Origin: Dipteris shenzhenensis
Taxonomy: Eukaryota
Strand: one strand, 5' to 3'
NCBI GenBank assembly: GCA_047967505.1
Contig: CM106538.1
DNA length: 64,000 nt
Both the position numbers and the translations under genes were made by a program. Within the stretch, counting starts at the first letter, position 1. Every line of letters starts with the position of its first letter. The notes under the pieces were generated by a model. It saw only the letters and a program-made list of their open reading frames with translations, searched no databases and was not told where the DNA came from. Shown in pieces: positions 36,801 through 49,820 of this stretch.

Positions 36801-39495
36801 GCCAATCTTGCCTCAGGCTCTGGTTACTGTTATTGTTGGAGATATATTGGTTGCAGTTGTGCACCAAGCTGTAGCATCTTGTGGGGCAATTCCTCAATTT
36901 CGACCTCCAGAATAGGTATTTCTTCTAAGGCATCTGCACTTGCCAATGTGATAGTAGGAGAAGCTCCCATACTAGTGAGAAGGGTATATCCAACTCCTCT
37001 ATTGGTTTTGGTGATTGGGGCAGAGTCATTTCTCATTCTTGTAGCTCTTTTTTTATGATTATAGCCAATAAGTGTGAATTTTACATTTTTGGCCTAATGA
37101 ACCATCTAGTTTTTTTGTAAACAAGATGACTAAGTGCTGAATCTAATCTTTCTTTAGCTTCCTACTCAGCAAAACAAATGTGTGAAGTGGAAGGGATCGA
37201 TTCTTACCGCACTTAACCCTAGGATTGTGGATAGGAATTGTGCTACTTCCTTCAGGTGAGGTTTAAGGATGGTGTGAAGTAATATGTCGTCCCTATGGAA
37301 CAGTGTGCCCTTGGTGAGGAGAGGCTGTACTTCAAGAAATTTTGCATCGGTAGGCCGTGTAGGGTATTTGGCACCTTGTGTTGGGAGTGAGAAATCCCTT
37401 TGAATGACTATACTATCGAGGATAATGTTGAGTGGGCTCTGTTGTACAGTGATGGTACTATACTTGTTGCCAACCTGTGCATTGCTAAAGTGGTAAGAAT
37501 GGAGAAAGTCCTTGATGTATGTGGTCATTGTAGGACTATCCTCCAAGGATTTTAGGCTCTCATGCAAACTTCCTAGACCCCTTTGCTCTAAGTAAGATGT
37601 TGCTTCTTGGGAAAGAGCATAAGTCGATGTAGGTGGTCAAACAAGTTCCAGTGACTGGGCCCTGTGGGTGGCATTTGTTCTTCTTGGTCATGCACTGAAT
37701 GCTCCTTGGAGCTATCACTCTGGACCATAAATGCCTATGGTCATCGCCGTGGTTGAGAGGATGTAAATGGCTATGAACTCTGGAGGGGGTCTCATGCTGG
37801 TTGAGGTGGTGGGCTCTTTCTGCACATCCTCTTTAGTGGCAGCATTTTTTTTGAACCTGCATCCATGTGCATGTGGTGTACCATTGATCATTAGATTAGT
37901 TGGCATGTAGGTATGATCTTTGTGTGTGTTTGTGAGAGATCTTATTTTTATACATGCTTTGAGAGTGTGGAATGAAAGTGTGTGGCACAATTATTCATGC
38001 AATCATCTATGTGTCTAAGCAAAAGTGTGTGAGTGCATGTGACCTAGTAGCTAGGTAGGGACTAACTATATGCTTTTTTTTTTTTTTTTAACTGGGATTT
38101 CATAGGGCAGCTAGAACTCAGGCATCACTTCTGAGCCCTAGGTTAAAATCGATTGATGCTACCTATATGTGCGAAGACATACATATGCAAGTGAGTGCTC
38201 GTGATACAATCTAATCCTAACTAAGGAAGACTTGGTTTCCTAAATCTTCATTTTTGTTGGGGATGGCTTACATGTTGAAGTAGTAGCGCTTCAGTCGGCT
38301 CCCATTTATTATTGTGTTGAATTGGACTCCATCCAATGTTTCTAGTAGCATAGCTTCGATGGGATTCATCTTTCTTACTTGGTAGGGTCCTTGACCTAGA
38401 TACTTCAATTTCCCCTTGTGTACTTTGGCATTGTATAACAAGACCAAGTCACCTTCCTTGATGTCTTTAGTTTTAAGATTTTTGTCAAACATGCCTTTCT
38501 TCTATGTTTTTTTGTTGTCATGGCATGGTAGGTGACTAGTCTTGTCTCTATATGCTTCTCCAACTGATAGAGTCTTTCTTTCAAGGATTCATGGTCTCCC
38601 ATGGGTTCCTGTACTACTATGTGTAGGCTTGGTATTGCAAATTCTAGTGGCACCACAACTTCAAGGCCGTACACCAATTGAAAAGGTGTGTTCCCTGTAC
38701 TGACCTTGAGTGTGGTTCTATATGCCCATAAGGATGCATTCAAATTCTCTGCCCAATCAGAATGATGTGGTTCTACTACCTTGGTGAGGATGATGCATAA
38801 TATTTTGTTGGTGGATTCGACTTGTCCATTCCCTTGGGGGTAGTAGGGTGTGCTTTTTATATGGATTACCACATAAAGCTAGACAAGAGTTCTTGGATTA
38901 CCTCATTGACAAAATGTGTGCCTCTATCTGACACAATTTCAATGGGGCATCCGAATCAGGTGATCACATTTTCGTATAAGAATCTTGCTATGCTTCTGGC
39001 ATCTGCCTTTCTGATTGCTTTAGCTTCAGCCCATTTTATAAAGTAATCAGTGGCCACAATGATGTAGCATGCCTGTGTTCCTTTTGCTGCTAGATGGATG
39101 GGACCCACATAGTCAATCCCCCATTTTTCAAATGGTTTTTGTGCAATAACTGTTGTTAGGGGATTGAAGTCTTTGTGTTGTGGTTTTAGTAGTCCATTGG
39201 CATACATCACAGCCTTTTACATATTCATAGGCATCTGCCCACAGTGTTGGCCACCAGTAGCGTGCAAGGAGGACTTTTCTTGCTATGGCTTCCCCTTGGA
39301 AGTGTCCTCCTACGATGCCTTCATGGACTTCACTCAGGATTGGCATGATCTCATGAGGCATTACACATTTTCTTAATACCTAGTCCTTGCCCATCTTGTA
39401 TAGTTGTCCTACAATGAGTTGATAGGGTGTAGCCTTTAGAATTAGTTTTCTGGCATCTACTGCTTTCATTTCAAGGGGTGGTCTTCCTACCACTA
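33900..39495 (-). mobile_element. 3' part of a non-chromoviral Gypsy: integrase plus ~4 kb of additional ORFs
   Basis: Integrase at 38268-39490 (EVHEG..GGH..YWWPTL..C..CQ; PFEKWGIDYVGP; STPYYPQGNGQVES; GPY). Same-strand ORF fragments follow at 33915-37800. Confidence 0.8.
34708..35340. repeat. Near-perfect tandem duplication with a 314-bp unit
   Basis: Identical text offset by 314 bp (e.g. 34761 vs 35075); duplicated peptides in ORFs 34853-35080 and 35167-35376. Confidence 0.9.
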
Positions 39496-39508
39496 TTGTG
39501 CCACAGAT

Positions 39509-42500
39509 ATGGCATCTACAGCTGGTAGTGCCCTCTTTGATATTGAGAGGTTGGATGGATCAAACTTTCAGTATTGGAAAGAGCAGATTTATGATGTATT
39601 AGTGTAGGAAAGGCAGCATAAGCCCATTCAATGCAAAGGTGTCAAGCCTAGTAGCATTAAACAGAGTGATTGGGATGACATGGATGAGCAAGCATGCTCT
39701 ATCATTCAGTCATCACTCTCGAAGTCAGTCTACTTGCAAGTACAGGATGGTGTACAAGGTGTAGACTACCATGAATATGAGTTCTATACTCATATATGCC
39801 GGATGTATGACCATGATAGTGTTACGTTACAGCATGATGGGTTGAAATGCCCTGATGTGCTGAAATACAGCCTTGATATGCACTCCAGAGGTAGATCTAT
39901 TGGTAGAAACAGGTCATGTTCAAGGGGGAATTCCAAGAGCAAGTCTAGCTCTCGGACTTGTGTCAGATGTTTCTATTGTGGAAAGTATGGCCACATGAAA
40001 AAGTACTGCTGAAAATGGCTGAGAAAATACAAGAAGAAGAGCAAGGTTAAGAATGACAGGAAGAAGGAGAAGAAGCATGTTGAGCTTCAAGGTGTGGATG
40101 CCAGGGTTTCCACTGACAGTAGCAGTGATGAAGGCATTCTTTTGTCTATGTCTGACACCTCCTTCTTGGCCATTGATGTACCCATTCTTGGTGATTGGAT
40201 GTTAGATCCATGTGCTTCATGTCATATGACCCCTCATAGGTCATGGTTCAGTGCATATCAGGAATGCATTGTGGAGAGTGGTTTGATGGGCATTGATCAT
40301 TCTATGGATGTCTATGGTTATGGGGATATCCACGTTGTTATGCCTAGTGGCTCTATTCTTGTTCTACATAGGGTTAGACATATACCAGGACTTGCTACGA
40401 GCAAGATCAGTACTGGACAGTTGGTTGAGGCAGGTTATCATGTCTCTTTGGGTGATCATGCATGGAAGATTGCTAGAGGCAATCTCTTTCTCTTATGCAT
40501 TGCATGTATCAGGTGTCCAAGATAAGATGCTTATGATTAGTAAGTAGCCATCAGTTAGTTTATGCTATGCCAGACTTGGATATATTTCTACTACTGGTAT
40601 GGAAGCCCTTACAACATTGAGATACATTCTTGTCATGGATGTCTCTCAAATTTTGTGTCATGATTGTGATGATGGTCAACAGTCAGGATCCTCTTTTGTG
40701 AGGAAGACAGTCAGTGAGAGGTATGTTGAGCCATTGCAGTTGGTTCATAGTGCAGTTTGTGGGCCTATGCCTACCGTTTCACTGGGTGGCGCCTCTTACT
40801 TTGTGACATTTATTGATGCTGCTACAAAGTACATATGGGTATATCCGATTCGGCAGAAGCATGATGTATATGATACATTTCAGCGCTTCTTGGGTAATGC
40901 TGAAAATCAGTCAGGAAAGAAGCTATTGAGCTTGATGACTGATGGTGATGCAGCGTTTACCTCTTCTAGATTTCAGCATCTATGTGATACACTTAGTATC
41001 AAGAGGGTGTTGACCATTCCTCATCTTTCTGCTCACGATGCCTTGGCAGAAGGCATAAATCGGATTCTATTGGACAGGATTGGTAGCATGCTACGATATG
41101 CAGGTTTTACCGAATGCTATTGGGCTGAGGCATGTAAGACAGCTACATACTTGCTTAACAGGTCACCCAGGAGATCTCTGAATGGTAGAGTGCCATTTGA
41201 CTTCTTGACAGGTAGGGCACCATGTTATGAGCATTTACTTTGGCTGCGAGGCTTATGCTCATGGTTCCCGATCGAGGAGGTGTATCTTCCTTCGATACAG
41301 TGAGTCCAGTAGGGACTACAGGTTATGGGATTCTTCAACTAGAGAGTTGATACGCAGCCATAATGTCTATTTCAGAGAGGATGCTATGTTTAGACAGCCC
41401 AAGACTATGGATAGTAGGAGAGTGGTGTTCCAAGAGGGTGTAAGTGCACTGATACCTCCGAATTCTTTGCAAGGGCAGCCCATATCCCTTGGAGTGGGAG
41501 GTTTTTCCCACGGTGAGCACGTTATAAAGTTGGGACAGCCACGATTACTTCCTGATTTTGGTCAAAGACGGTCAGATATCTCGAGTATTCCACAAGTTTA
41601 TACTCCTATGGAGATTGTTGATGCATCTTCTATGGACAGTTACAATTTACTCTCAGGATGCGGAGTGCGTCTTGCAGATGAGGATGAGGCTATGCATGGT
41701 GAGGAGGATACCTTGGCTAATGATGCCCGGTATGATCTGGCTGGTTATGCCAGGACAGATGTGGTTTCTGCAGTTATTGACTCAGGTCATATTGCGCATG
41801 GGCAGGAATCATTGATATGTTTGCTTCGTAAGTGCCTCCATGGCCAGAAGCAATCCCCTCGAGCTTGGCTTCATAGGTTTGATACCGTTATGAGAGCTCA
41901 GGATGTGATGCGCAGTGAGACAGGTTATGGTCTCAGTATTCAAGAGGTTGCTATCCTTCTGAGGTTACTTGCCATATGGTTCCTTATGGACAGGGATGCT
42001 TTGCAGTGGAAGCTGCATGGTCTTGATGATGTTTGTCCAATACTTGGTTGTTTCAGTATGGAGAGGGGGAAGTTACTGAGTACTCCATTGCCTGTATTGG
42101 CTCCATACTTGAAACACAGTAGGTTTGACGATCACAGATCAGTTAAGCAGCAAGTTATGGTTGATATGGTAGCCATAGTACTTCATGCATCCATGACTGT
42201 GTTGAGACTTGGTTCTCACATGTTTGCTATTAGGGCTACACTTCCGGTTCTTGCTTCCGTTGCAATGGGAGTTGGTAGCATGATTATGGCAGATTTTGGC
42301 AATAGGGAAGCGGTTGTGGACATCAGGTCCTTATGCTTCCAAGAGCAGCATGCAGGTGATGCAGGTTGGGTAGACCAGCAGAGGTCTATTGTAGGACATG
42401 TGCTTGGTCACATGCGGTACAGAGACATTTTCTTTGCATAGTGGCAGTTCGGGTGCTATGGACTTAGCACAGGAGCACATAGTGGTGAGAGTTCACTCTC

Positions 42501-42874
42501 CCAGTGAGATCTGGCATGAGATCTTGGTTGACAGGCATCTACAGCTTGTCATTTTCTATCCTGCAAACCTGATGTCTGCTAGTAGTTTATCCTCTATGCA
42601 CTTTGTACATTGTAAAGTGCCGATGGGTATAGGATGACGGTCTAGTCATCTTGTTTTTCAGCCTATGGCTGATTGTATTATATGTGTACTATACTCCCTT
42701 AAAGGCACACTGCCTTTAAGTGGGAGGTTGTTGGGATAAAGGGCAGTGTGCCCACCCACTTGTACAGTGCCCATGTATACTCATATATATATGATAGAGG
42801 AATAAGCTGGAGTAGCTTTTGCTCCACCACTTTTGGTGTCTCCTTATCCCTTTGTGTGTGCTCTCCTCTCCCAC
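39509..42874 (+). mobile_element. Ty1/Copia element with degenerate gag-pol, a heavily eroded RT and a short 3' LTR; 5' LTR absent
   Basis: IERLDGSNFQYWK gag start; CFYCGKYGHMKKYC; WMLDPCASCHMT protease; LQLVHSAVCGP...FIDA integrase; LRKCLHGQKQSPRAW RT remnant; PPT aagtgggagg at ~42718; LTR TG..CA at 42729-42874. Confidence 0.85.
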
Positions 42875-45800
42875 AGCATCATTAATAAAAGTAGCAAAGT
42901 AAGAAGCACCACCCAATGAGACAGTAGGCATAGGTCCACACACATCACTGTGAACCAACTCCAATGGTTCAAGCCTCTTCTTGCCCAAAGATCTTTTATG
43001 TGAAGACCGTGTTTGCTTTCCATACATGCAATGCTTACACATGCTAAAATTTGAAAAATTAAACATGGGAACATACTGCAAACCAAAAAGTATCTCCATT
43101 CATGTCATGCTCATGTGTCCCAATTGACGATGCCACAAAGAGACGGATGACTGCTCGGTCACGTTGATTACATTATCTCTTATGCCTGACACATGCATTG
43201 AGTACAACGTTCCATGCTTGGAACCTCTAGCAATCACAAGTGACTCTTTGCTAATTTTCCATGTATTGTTGGCAAAAAGCACATGATAGCCATCATCATC
43301 AAGCTGTCTCGTACTTATTAAGCTCTTTTTCAGATTTGGAACATGCCTAACATTCTTGAGTACAAATGAGAACTATTAGGAAGAGACAAGTGGATATCTC
43401 CCACTCCAACAATGTCACATGGATAATCATTTCCAAGTCTCACGGTTTCTTTCCTTCCTGCATCATAAATGGTAAACCACTCCCTATGTGGAGTGACATG
43501 AAAAGATGCTCCTGAGTCTAGTATCCAATTCTGTGACAATGCATCATCACTAGTCACAAGAAAAGCATGCTCAAACATAGAGGCATAAAGAATGTCACCC
43601 TCATCACTATTGTTACTTATGGCATTCACTTCCTCTATATTGACCGTGGCTTTCTCTTCCTTCTTGGGCTGCACATTAGCTTTGCCTTTGCCTTTATCGT
43701 TCTTCCATTTGTAGCAATCCTTTTTGAAATGGCCTTTCTTCCCACAATAGAAGCATTCCAAATCCTTTTTGGCATGGGATTTTCCTCTAGATTTGCTTCT
43801 AGACTTGCTTGTATTTTTGTCGTGGTATTTCCCCCTTGAATATGACCTCCCTCTCACATTGAGAGCACTTGAACTTTTAGTTCGTTCTATTTACCTCCTC
43901 AGTGAGAAGACTACTCTCAACATCACTGCTTGTCAGGCCTCCTGCACGGGCTGAATTGCTTCTAGCAGTCCTAAAAGTGTCCCAACTTTCAGGAAGGGTG
44001 ACCAATAAGAACATTGCTTTAACTGAGTCATCAAAGGCAATTTTATGAGCTAAAAGTTGACTGAAAATTGTGTTGAACTCATTTAAATGGCTAGACATTG
44101 AAGTCCTTCTTCCATGCGAAGATATATGAGTTTCTTCAGCCAATACACTTGACAAGCAGCACTCTGCTTCTCATAAAGATCATGCAACTTTGTCCACACA
44201 CCATAGGCAACACCTGCAGAAATATACCGATTTTGAAAGTGTGAGCATGATCGTGGAGTGTGCAAGCTCATCCAATTCCTTCCACTCCATCATCTTCCTA
44301 ATCCTTTGGCTTTATGCCTTTGCATTTTATAGGCTTTACTTTCTTCTACACCAGAACATTGTAATAGAAGTTTGTGCCATCCAACTTCTCAGTGTTAAAC
44401 AGTGCATTCTCTGATGCTGAAGCCATCACAATGGATGACAGAATAACCAGGATACACTGCACCAATGTACCAAACTCAAGCAAAAAATATCAACTGCAAT
44501 GACAGCAGTCACACTGTCACTGTCACAAATACATGTTCTGCTGTAAGTGATTGCACGGTAGCTCGGATGCAAAAAATATAAACAGAAGAAATGTAGCTTG
44601 TAGAAAACTCTACAACTTCTCAGTTTACAGCAAGTCCAAAATCCTTACAGATTTCCTTATATCTGCTGTTAGAAACCACCACCTGCAAACTTTTACTACT
44701 GTAATAATAGTCTGTAACAGTTTTGGCCTGTTTTGAACTGTCAATATCTTCCCAACCGTAACTCGGTTGCCTTTGCTGTAAACACCAAAGTTATAGACAA
44801 CCAATAGATCTACAAACTTCTAGTTTACTACAAGTCCAAATTCATCATGGCATTTTTGATATTCACTGCTGAAAGTGGGCTCCTGCTCACTTTTTCTAGC
44901 TGTTGTCATAAACTGTCAAAACTGTAAATCATGGGCATACCGGGCATCATAACTTTTTCTCTAAATCTCGAATTGAAACGCTTTTAAAAACAAGATTGTA
45001 GATTGTTCAAAAAACTAAAACTTCTTAGTTCAACTCAGAAAACAATTCCTCGTGAATTCTCTGATATTCACTTCTGAAAACAACCACTTGCTCACCTTTT
45101 ACTGCTGTCATAAGACTGCAAACTGCCAATCACCAACTTTTCCTGAAGCATTTGAGGCATAAACTCCAATGAAATAGCCCAACAATTCTGAAAATTTATT
45201 ATCCAAAAAATTCCCTTAGTGGGAAGAGTATTGTACTCACACAAAATAATCCCTTCTTGGGATACAAGACAGCTTCAGAAAAACACTGCTCACTCGCTTA
45301 ACAAAGGCTCAAAATGCATCAATTGTAAGCAATCACTTTCAGCCAACCTTTGGCTTGATATGCATAAACTTGAAGGCATAAACCCAACTGAAATCTGAAT
45401 GTACCAGCCGCCTTTGATCAACTGGAGTCCGCCACAAGCAAAAGACGGTTTTGCTTTCGGGCCTCAAAAAAGCAACTTCCAGTGGCTGGAATTGCAGAGC
45501 AGCAGGTCGTTTTTTACCATAGATGGATAATATTCCTTCTCCCCTTCCCAAACAAGGTAATAGATTGCTGGAACAGTCGAGGCAACCTGATATATATGGC
45601 TGAAACAGTAAAAACGAGCTAGTATATGTCAAAATACAGCTCCCAAGGGTAGCCCATAGGTAGTAGGAGACTCCACGCAACAAGTTCAAACTCTTGGCAC
45701 AGCAACACCGCAATGCTACAGTCTCCTTGTTGGCTTCGCTCAACCAAGCTCTGATACCAGTTGATGGAGAGGAGGTCTTATCGGAGAGCAACAAATAAAG

Positions 45801-46541
45801 GAAGAACACCGAAATTGTGGGTGCTAACTCACCCAGATCAAGGTAAGCTCTTATTATGTATGTATGGTACAAAGGGGTATATACTAGGCCATTGGCCTTT
45901 ACCCCAACAGCTCAGGTAGCTTGGGGAGGCTTAGGGCTAGGCACGCTTGATTCTCGGGTTGAGTGGCAAGGGTACGAACCAGATAGAGATCTCTGCTATT
46001 TTTGGCGAATTGGGCTCGAGTCTATAAAATGGGCCCAGAGATTCAATCTTCATAGAGCCGATGGGAGCAAGTCTAGTTCCCTAGTGCTAGGTCCTGATCC
46101 TAGATTGAGTCATGGACGCGCACCTGCATCTTAGCGTAGCCCAGACCCAATAGCAGATCCGAGGCCTATAGGCGCCACAAGGTGGTATGGGACACCAGGT
46201 TGGTCAAGATTTGGTTGGCAGTTTGTGCCAGTAGCTCAGCTCGTGGCCTTGCCTCCTTAATAATACACCTAAGTGTGAGGAGGTGATCCATGGTCCCATG
46301 ATCATGTCAAAATCCAGCCTATCCATCTGCTCCAAGTCCCTGCATCTCTGCGGACTAACCTCAAAATCAAGCACTGACGCATAAATCTTGGACGTGACAC
46401 GTCCGATCATAATGGAGAGAGAGAGAGAGAGAGATCTGAGGATGATCATTGATGTCTGGACACTAGAGGTGGTCACATGTGTATTAGACTTTAGTATGTC
46501 AGATTTTATATCGGCTCATTCCCGTGGGGGCCCGTCTGGCA

Positions 46542-46545
<4 letters not shown>
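42875..46545 (-). mobile_element. 5' part of a second Ty1/Copia element (LTR, PBS, leader, gag, protease, start of integrase), truncated at the neighbouring Copia
   Basis: LTR ~45762-46545 (TGAT...ATCA); PBS TGGTATCAGAGC at 45748-45759; gag from ATG 44426; CFYCGKKGHFKKDC, WILDSGASFHVT, LWHRQLGH, LELVHSDVCGP. Confidence 0.85.
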
Positions 46546-46572
<27 letters not shown>

Positions 46573-46575
<3 letters not shown>

Positions 46576-48145
46576 CAACTTCGAAGATTTCCTCTTTTAT
46601 ATGAAAAATGGGACGTATCTTCCTAGCACCTTTCACTATTTCAAAAGGTGCTTTACCTGTGGATGTGTGTACCGTATTATTGTAAGCATATTCCAGCAAA
46701 GGCAAATAATGCTCCCATTTGCTTTTGTGGTCTAAGACATAGCATTTAAACATATCCAAGATGGTAGAGTTTTCCTGCTCCAATTGTCCATCAGACTGAG
46801 GGTGAAAAGATGACGAAAAATTCAGCGTAGTGCCCATATTTTCAAACAGTCCTCTCCAAAAGAGGCTGGTCATTCTCAGATCTCTATCACTAATTATGGA
46901 TTCAAGCATCCCATGATACTTGAAGACATGCTGCAGAAACAATTTGGCCATTTGATCTGCTGTAATTTTCTTTCTTACTGGCACAAAGTGAGCTTGTTTG
47001 CTAAACCTGCAAATTATTGTCCACAAACCATCATGTCCAGTAGGGGTACGTGGAAGATCAAACACAAAATCCATAGCTATGCTTTGCCATGGTCTATCCA
47101 GAATTGGCAAAGGGTGTAACAACCCAGGTGCCTTCTGCCTGTCAAACTTTACTTTCTGACAAACCGTGCATGTTCTCACATATTCTTCTACATCTTTCCT
47201 CAAAGATGGCCAATAAAAGTATTGCTCCACTGCTGTAATTGTTGCTATAATTCCGCTATGTCTTGCATATGGAGGAGCATGACTTTCCATTATGACTTTC
47301 TGTCACATCTGATCAGTGACACAGAGTCGTCCATGCATCAAAATGAAACCCTCTTTCAACATATAGTGATCATGCCTTTGACCATCAAAAAGCTGATCAT
47401 AAATAGTTAAAAAATCAGCATTATTAACATATTGATCTTTCATCACATCTAACATATTGTTGTAAGCAATGCTCACTGCTAAAACACTGGGTTTCTTGGA
47501 GACTGCTTCAGGTTGTGGTTTCCTGAAAAGTGCATCAACCATGATATTTTTGTTACCCGACACATGTACAATTTGAAAATGAAACATTGAGAGGAAGTTA
47601 GCCCATCTCATATGCTTTTCACATAATTTTCTCTGCGTGAGAAAATATCTAAGTGACTGATGATCTGTCTGCACATAAAAATCAGCTCCAAGAAGGTAAT
47701 GTTTCCATGTGGTCAAAGCATGTATCACTGCTAACATTTTCTTCTCGTATGTCTGCAAGTACAATTCAACATCTTTAAGAACTCTACTCTCATATGCAAC
47801 CACTTTGTCATCCTAAATCAAAGTGCCTCCTATGCTGTTTCCACATGCATCATAAGTTACAGCAAAGGGTTTTGCAAGATCTGGCAAGATAATAACAGGT
47901 TCAGAACACAACTTTTGCTTCAGCTCTTCAAAAGCTGCATTTTCCTTTGGTCCCCACCGAAACGGTACAGCTTTCTTTTGTAAAGCATGCAAGGGAGAAG
48001 CAATTTCTACAAAGTACTTTATAAACCTCCGATGGTATGAAGACAACCCAAGAAAGCTTCTGACTTCATGCAGATTTTTCAAAATTTGCCAACTCCTTAC
48101 GGCCTCTAACTTTTGCAGGATCCATCTTGACTCCATCCTTCGACG
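46573..48145 (-). mobile_element. Chromovirus-like Gypsy pol fragment (RT end, RNase H, integrase)
   Basis: VRSFLGL; DAC..IG..L; VAYESR; QTDHQSL; H..PY..H.G..T; IAMDFV..LP; SSFHPQSDGQ. Confidence 0.85.
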
Positions 48146-49049
48146 TATATATATATATATATATATATTATACGCATTTCTAGACAAACTCTGCTAAGAT
48201 TTTCGAAACGTTTCTAAAAGAAACCTCGAAACCTGTTTCTATTGACTCGGAATGGTTTGTGTGCTACCAGTCATTGTTGCCTTGAGATGTCGAGTCACTA
48301 ACACTACCCTCAAGTTTGCAACATTGAAGCTGTTGCATGTCAATAATGAGTTGTTATTGTGTTGCTTCGATCCCTTGATTTGGTCATATTTCAACTGTTG
48401 CACGGCATCTACCATCACTTGGATATGGTTAGTCAACCCTCTAGAGTAACCTTTTGGGAAGCCGCTTAGAATGGGAGGCAAGGGGTGTATGACAAGATGA
48501 AAGAGAGAAAAAGAGATAGAGAGAGAGAGAGAGTTCCTGAAACAACAGTTGTCGCAATTAGAAACTTGGAATTCTAGGAACAAAAGAAACAACACCAAAG
48601 ACCATAATAAGGGCTATGAGACAACATGAATACAATCGTAGATAGTACCAAAATGGGAGACCCTAAGTGCTTCTCCCACACATAAGAACGAATGATGCTT
48701 CAAGCCACAATTCAAAGTTGGGATCGAATTCCTCAACATTCTATGAGCCGAACGAATGACAAAGAAAAGGTCCACTCCTCCAAAAATAGACATCCTTCGG
48801 AAGGAAGAGCAAGACCTTGGTCAAGCGTCCCTTGTCATCTTGCTAACGTCAACTAACCTTTGGTGTCAATTTGTCTCGCTGAAAAAATCGTGACATCACA
48901 TGCAAGTCAATCTCCCCATCAAGGAACCATTGCTTGTGGGGAAGTTGGTGCTGTAACTTTATGTATGGTCCACCGCTGGCCAACCAGATGAAGTCTCCCT
49001 TGCTCAAGGAGAGAATCTCTGAAGGGCCATGACTGCACAGCCATGATGG

Positions 49050-49420
49050 TCCACAGTGTGAATGAAGCATAACAGAGAGCCACGGGCCTATCAAAAGAAG
49101 TGGTAGTGACAACTTTAATTGCATAGTATGCTAAGCATCTTAAAATGAAATGCATGTCTGACTCCTCTCATGTAACTGTCTACAAAACAGGTGATCCTTA
49201 GGAACCATAAACCTGTGATGTCAGCTTGTCTAGTTATAGAGCTGAATCCAGATAGAGGAAACTCGGAACTTCCCCGAAGCAGTATGTGAGGTGTGACCAT
49301 GGGCAGACGGCTCGATCTCCAATAAGATTTTGTGTGATCAGGCAGTTAATCTTTTTGCTTAGGGATCCTGACACAACTAAGGTTGTCTCAAGAAAGGACT
49401 AGAGAGAGCAGACGGTTCAA
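49050..49420 (-). mobile_element. Possible LINE 3' remnant (C-terminal zinc-binding region)
   Basis: EESDMHFILRCLAYYAI resembles the E.E.HF...C..Y..IR motif at the end of plant LINE ORF2; otherwise very decayed. Confidence 0.3.
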
Positions 49421-49820
49421 GGCTGCAGAGAGCAAGAGTGACGTGCTGGACTGGGTACTGGAGGTGTAAATGAGCTTTGCACAGCAGGCTGCATTCTGGC
49501 TTGAGCATCTCTACCTGCCCAAGATGTGACCAAGATTCCACCCTACTCCCTGATTGTGTGAGGCATGACCCCCCAATTGCAAAAATGAAGGCTAACTGGT
49601 CCATCCTGTCCCAAGGTCACTGATACTATTTACAAGAGCATCCAATCCTTTTAAGTGATGCATACATTGTATCTGTAACAATGATTCACCTTCCAAGGTT
49701 AGAAAACCTGTGTGGCATACTGACTATACACACACCAACGATTCTCCGAAAGCTGGAGTAATGCCCAGATATCTAGAAGTCTGTCCAAAGATCTGGTCGA
49801 CTTGTTGCAGCGTCCATATT

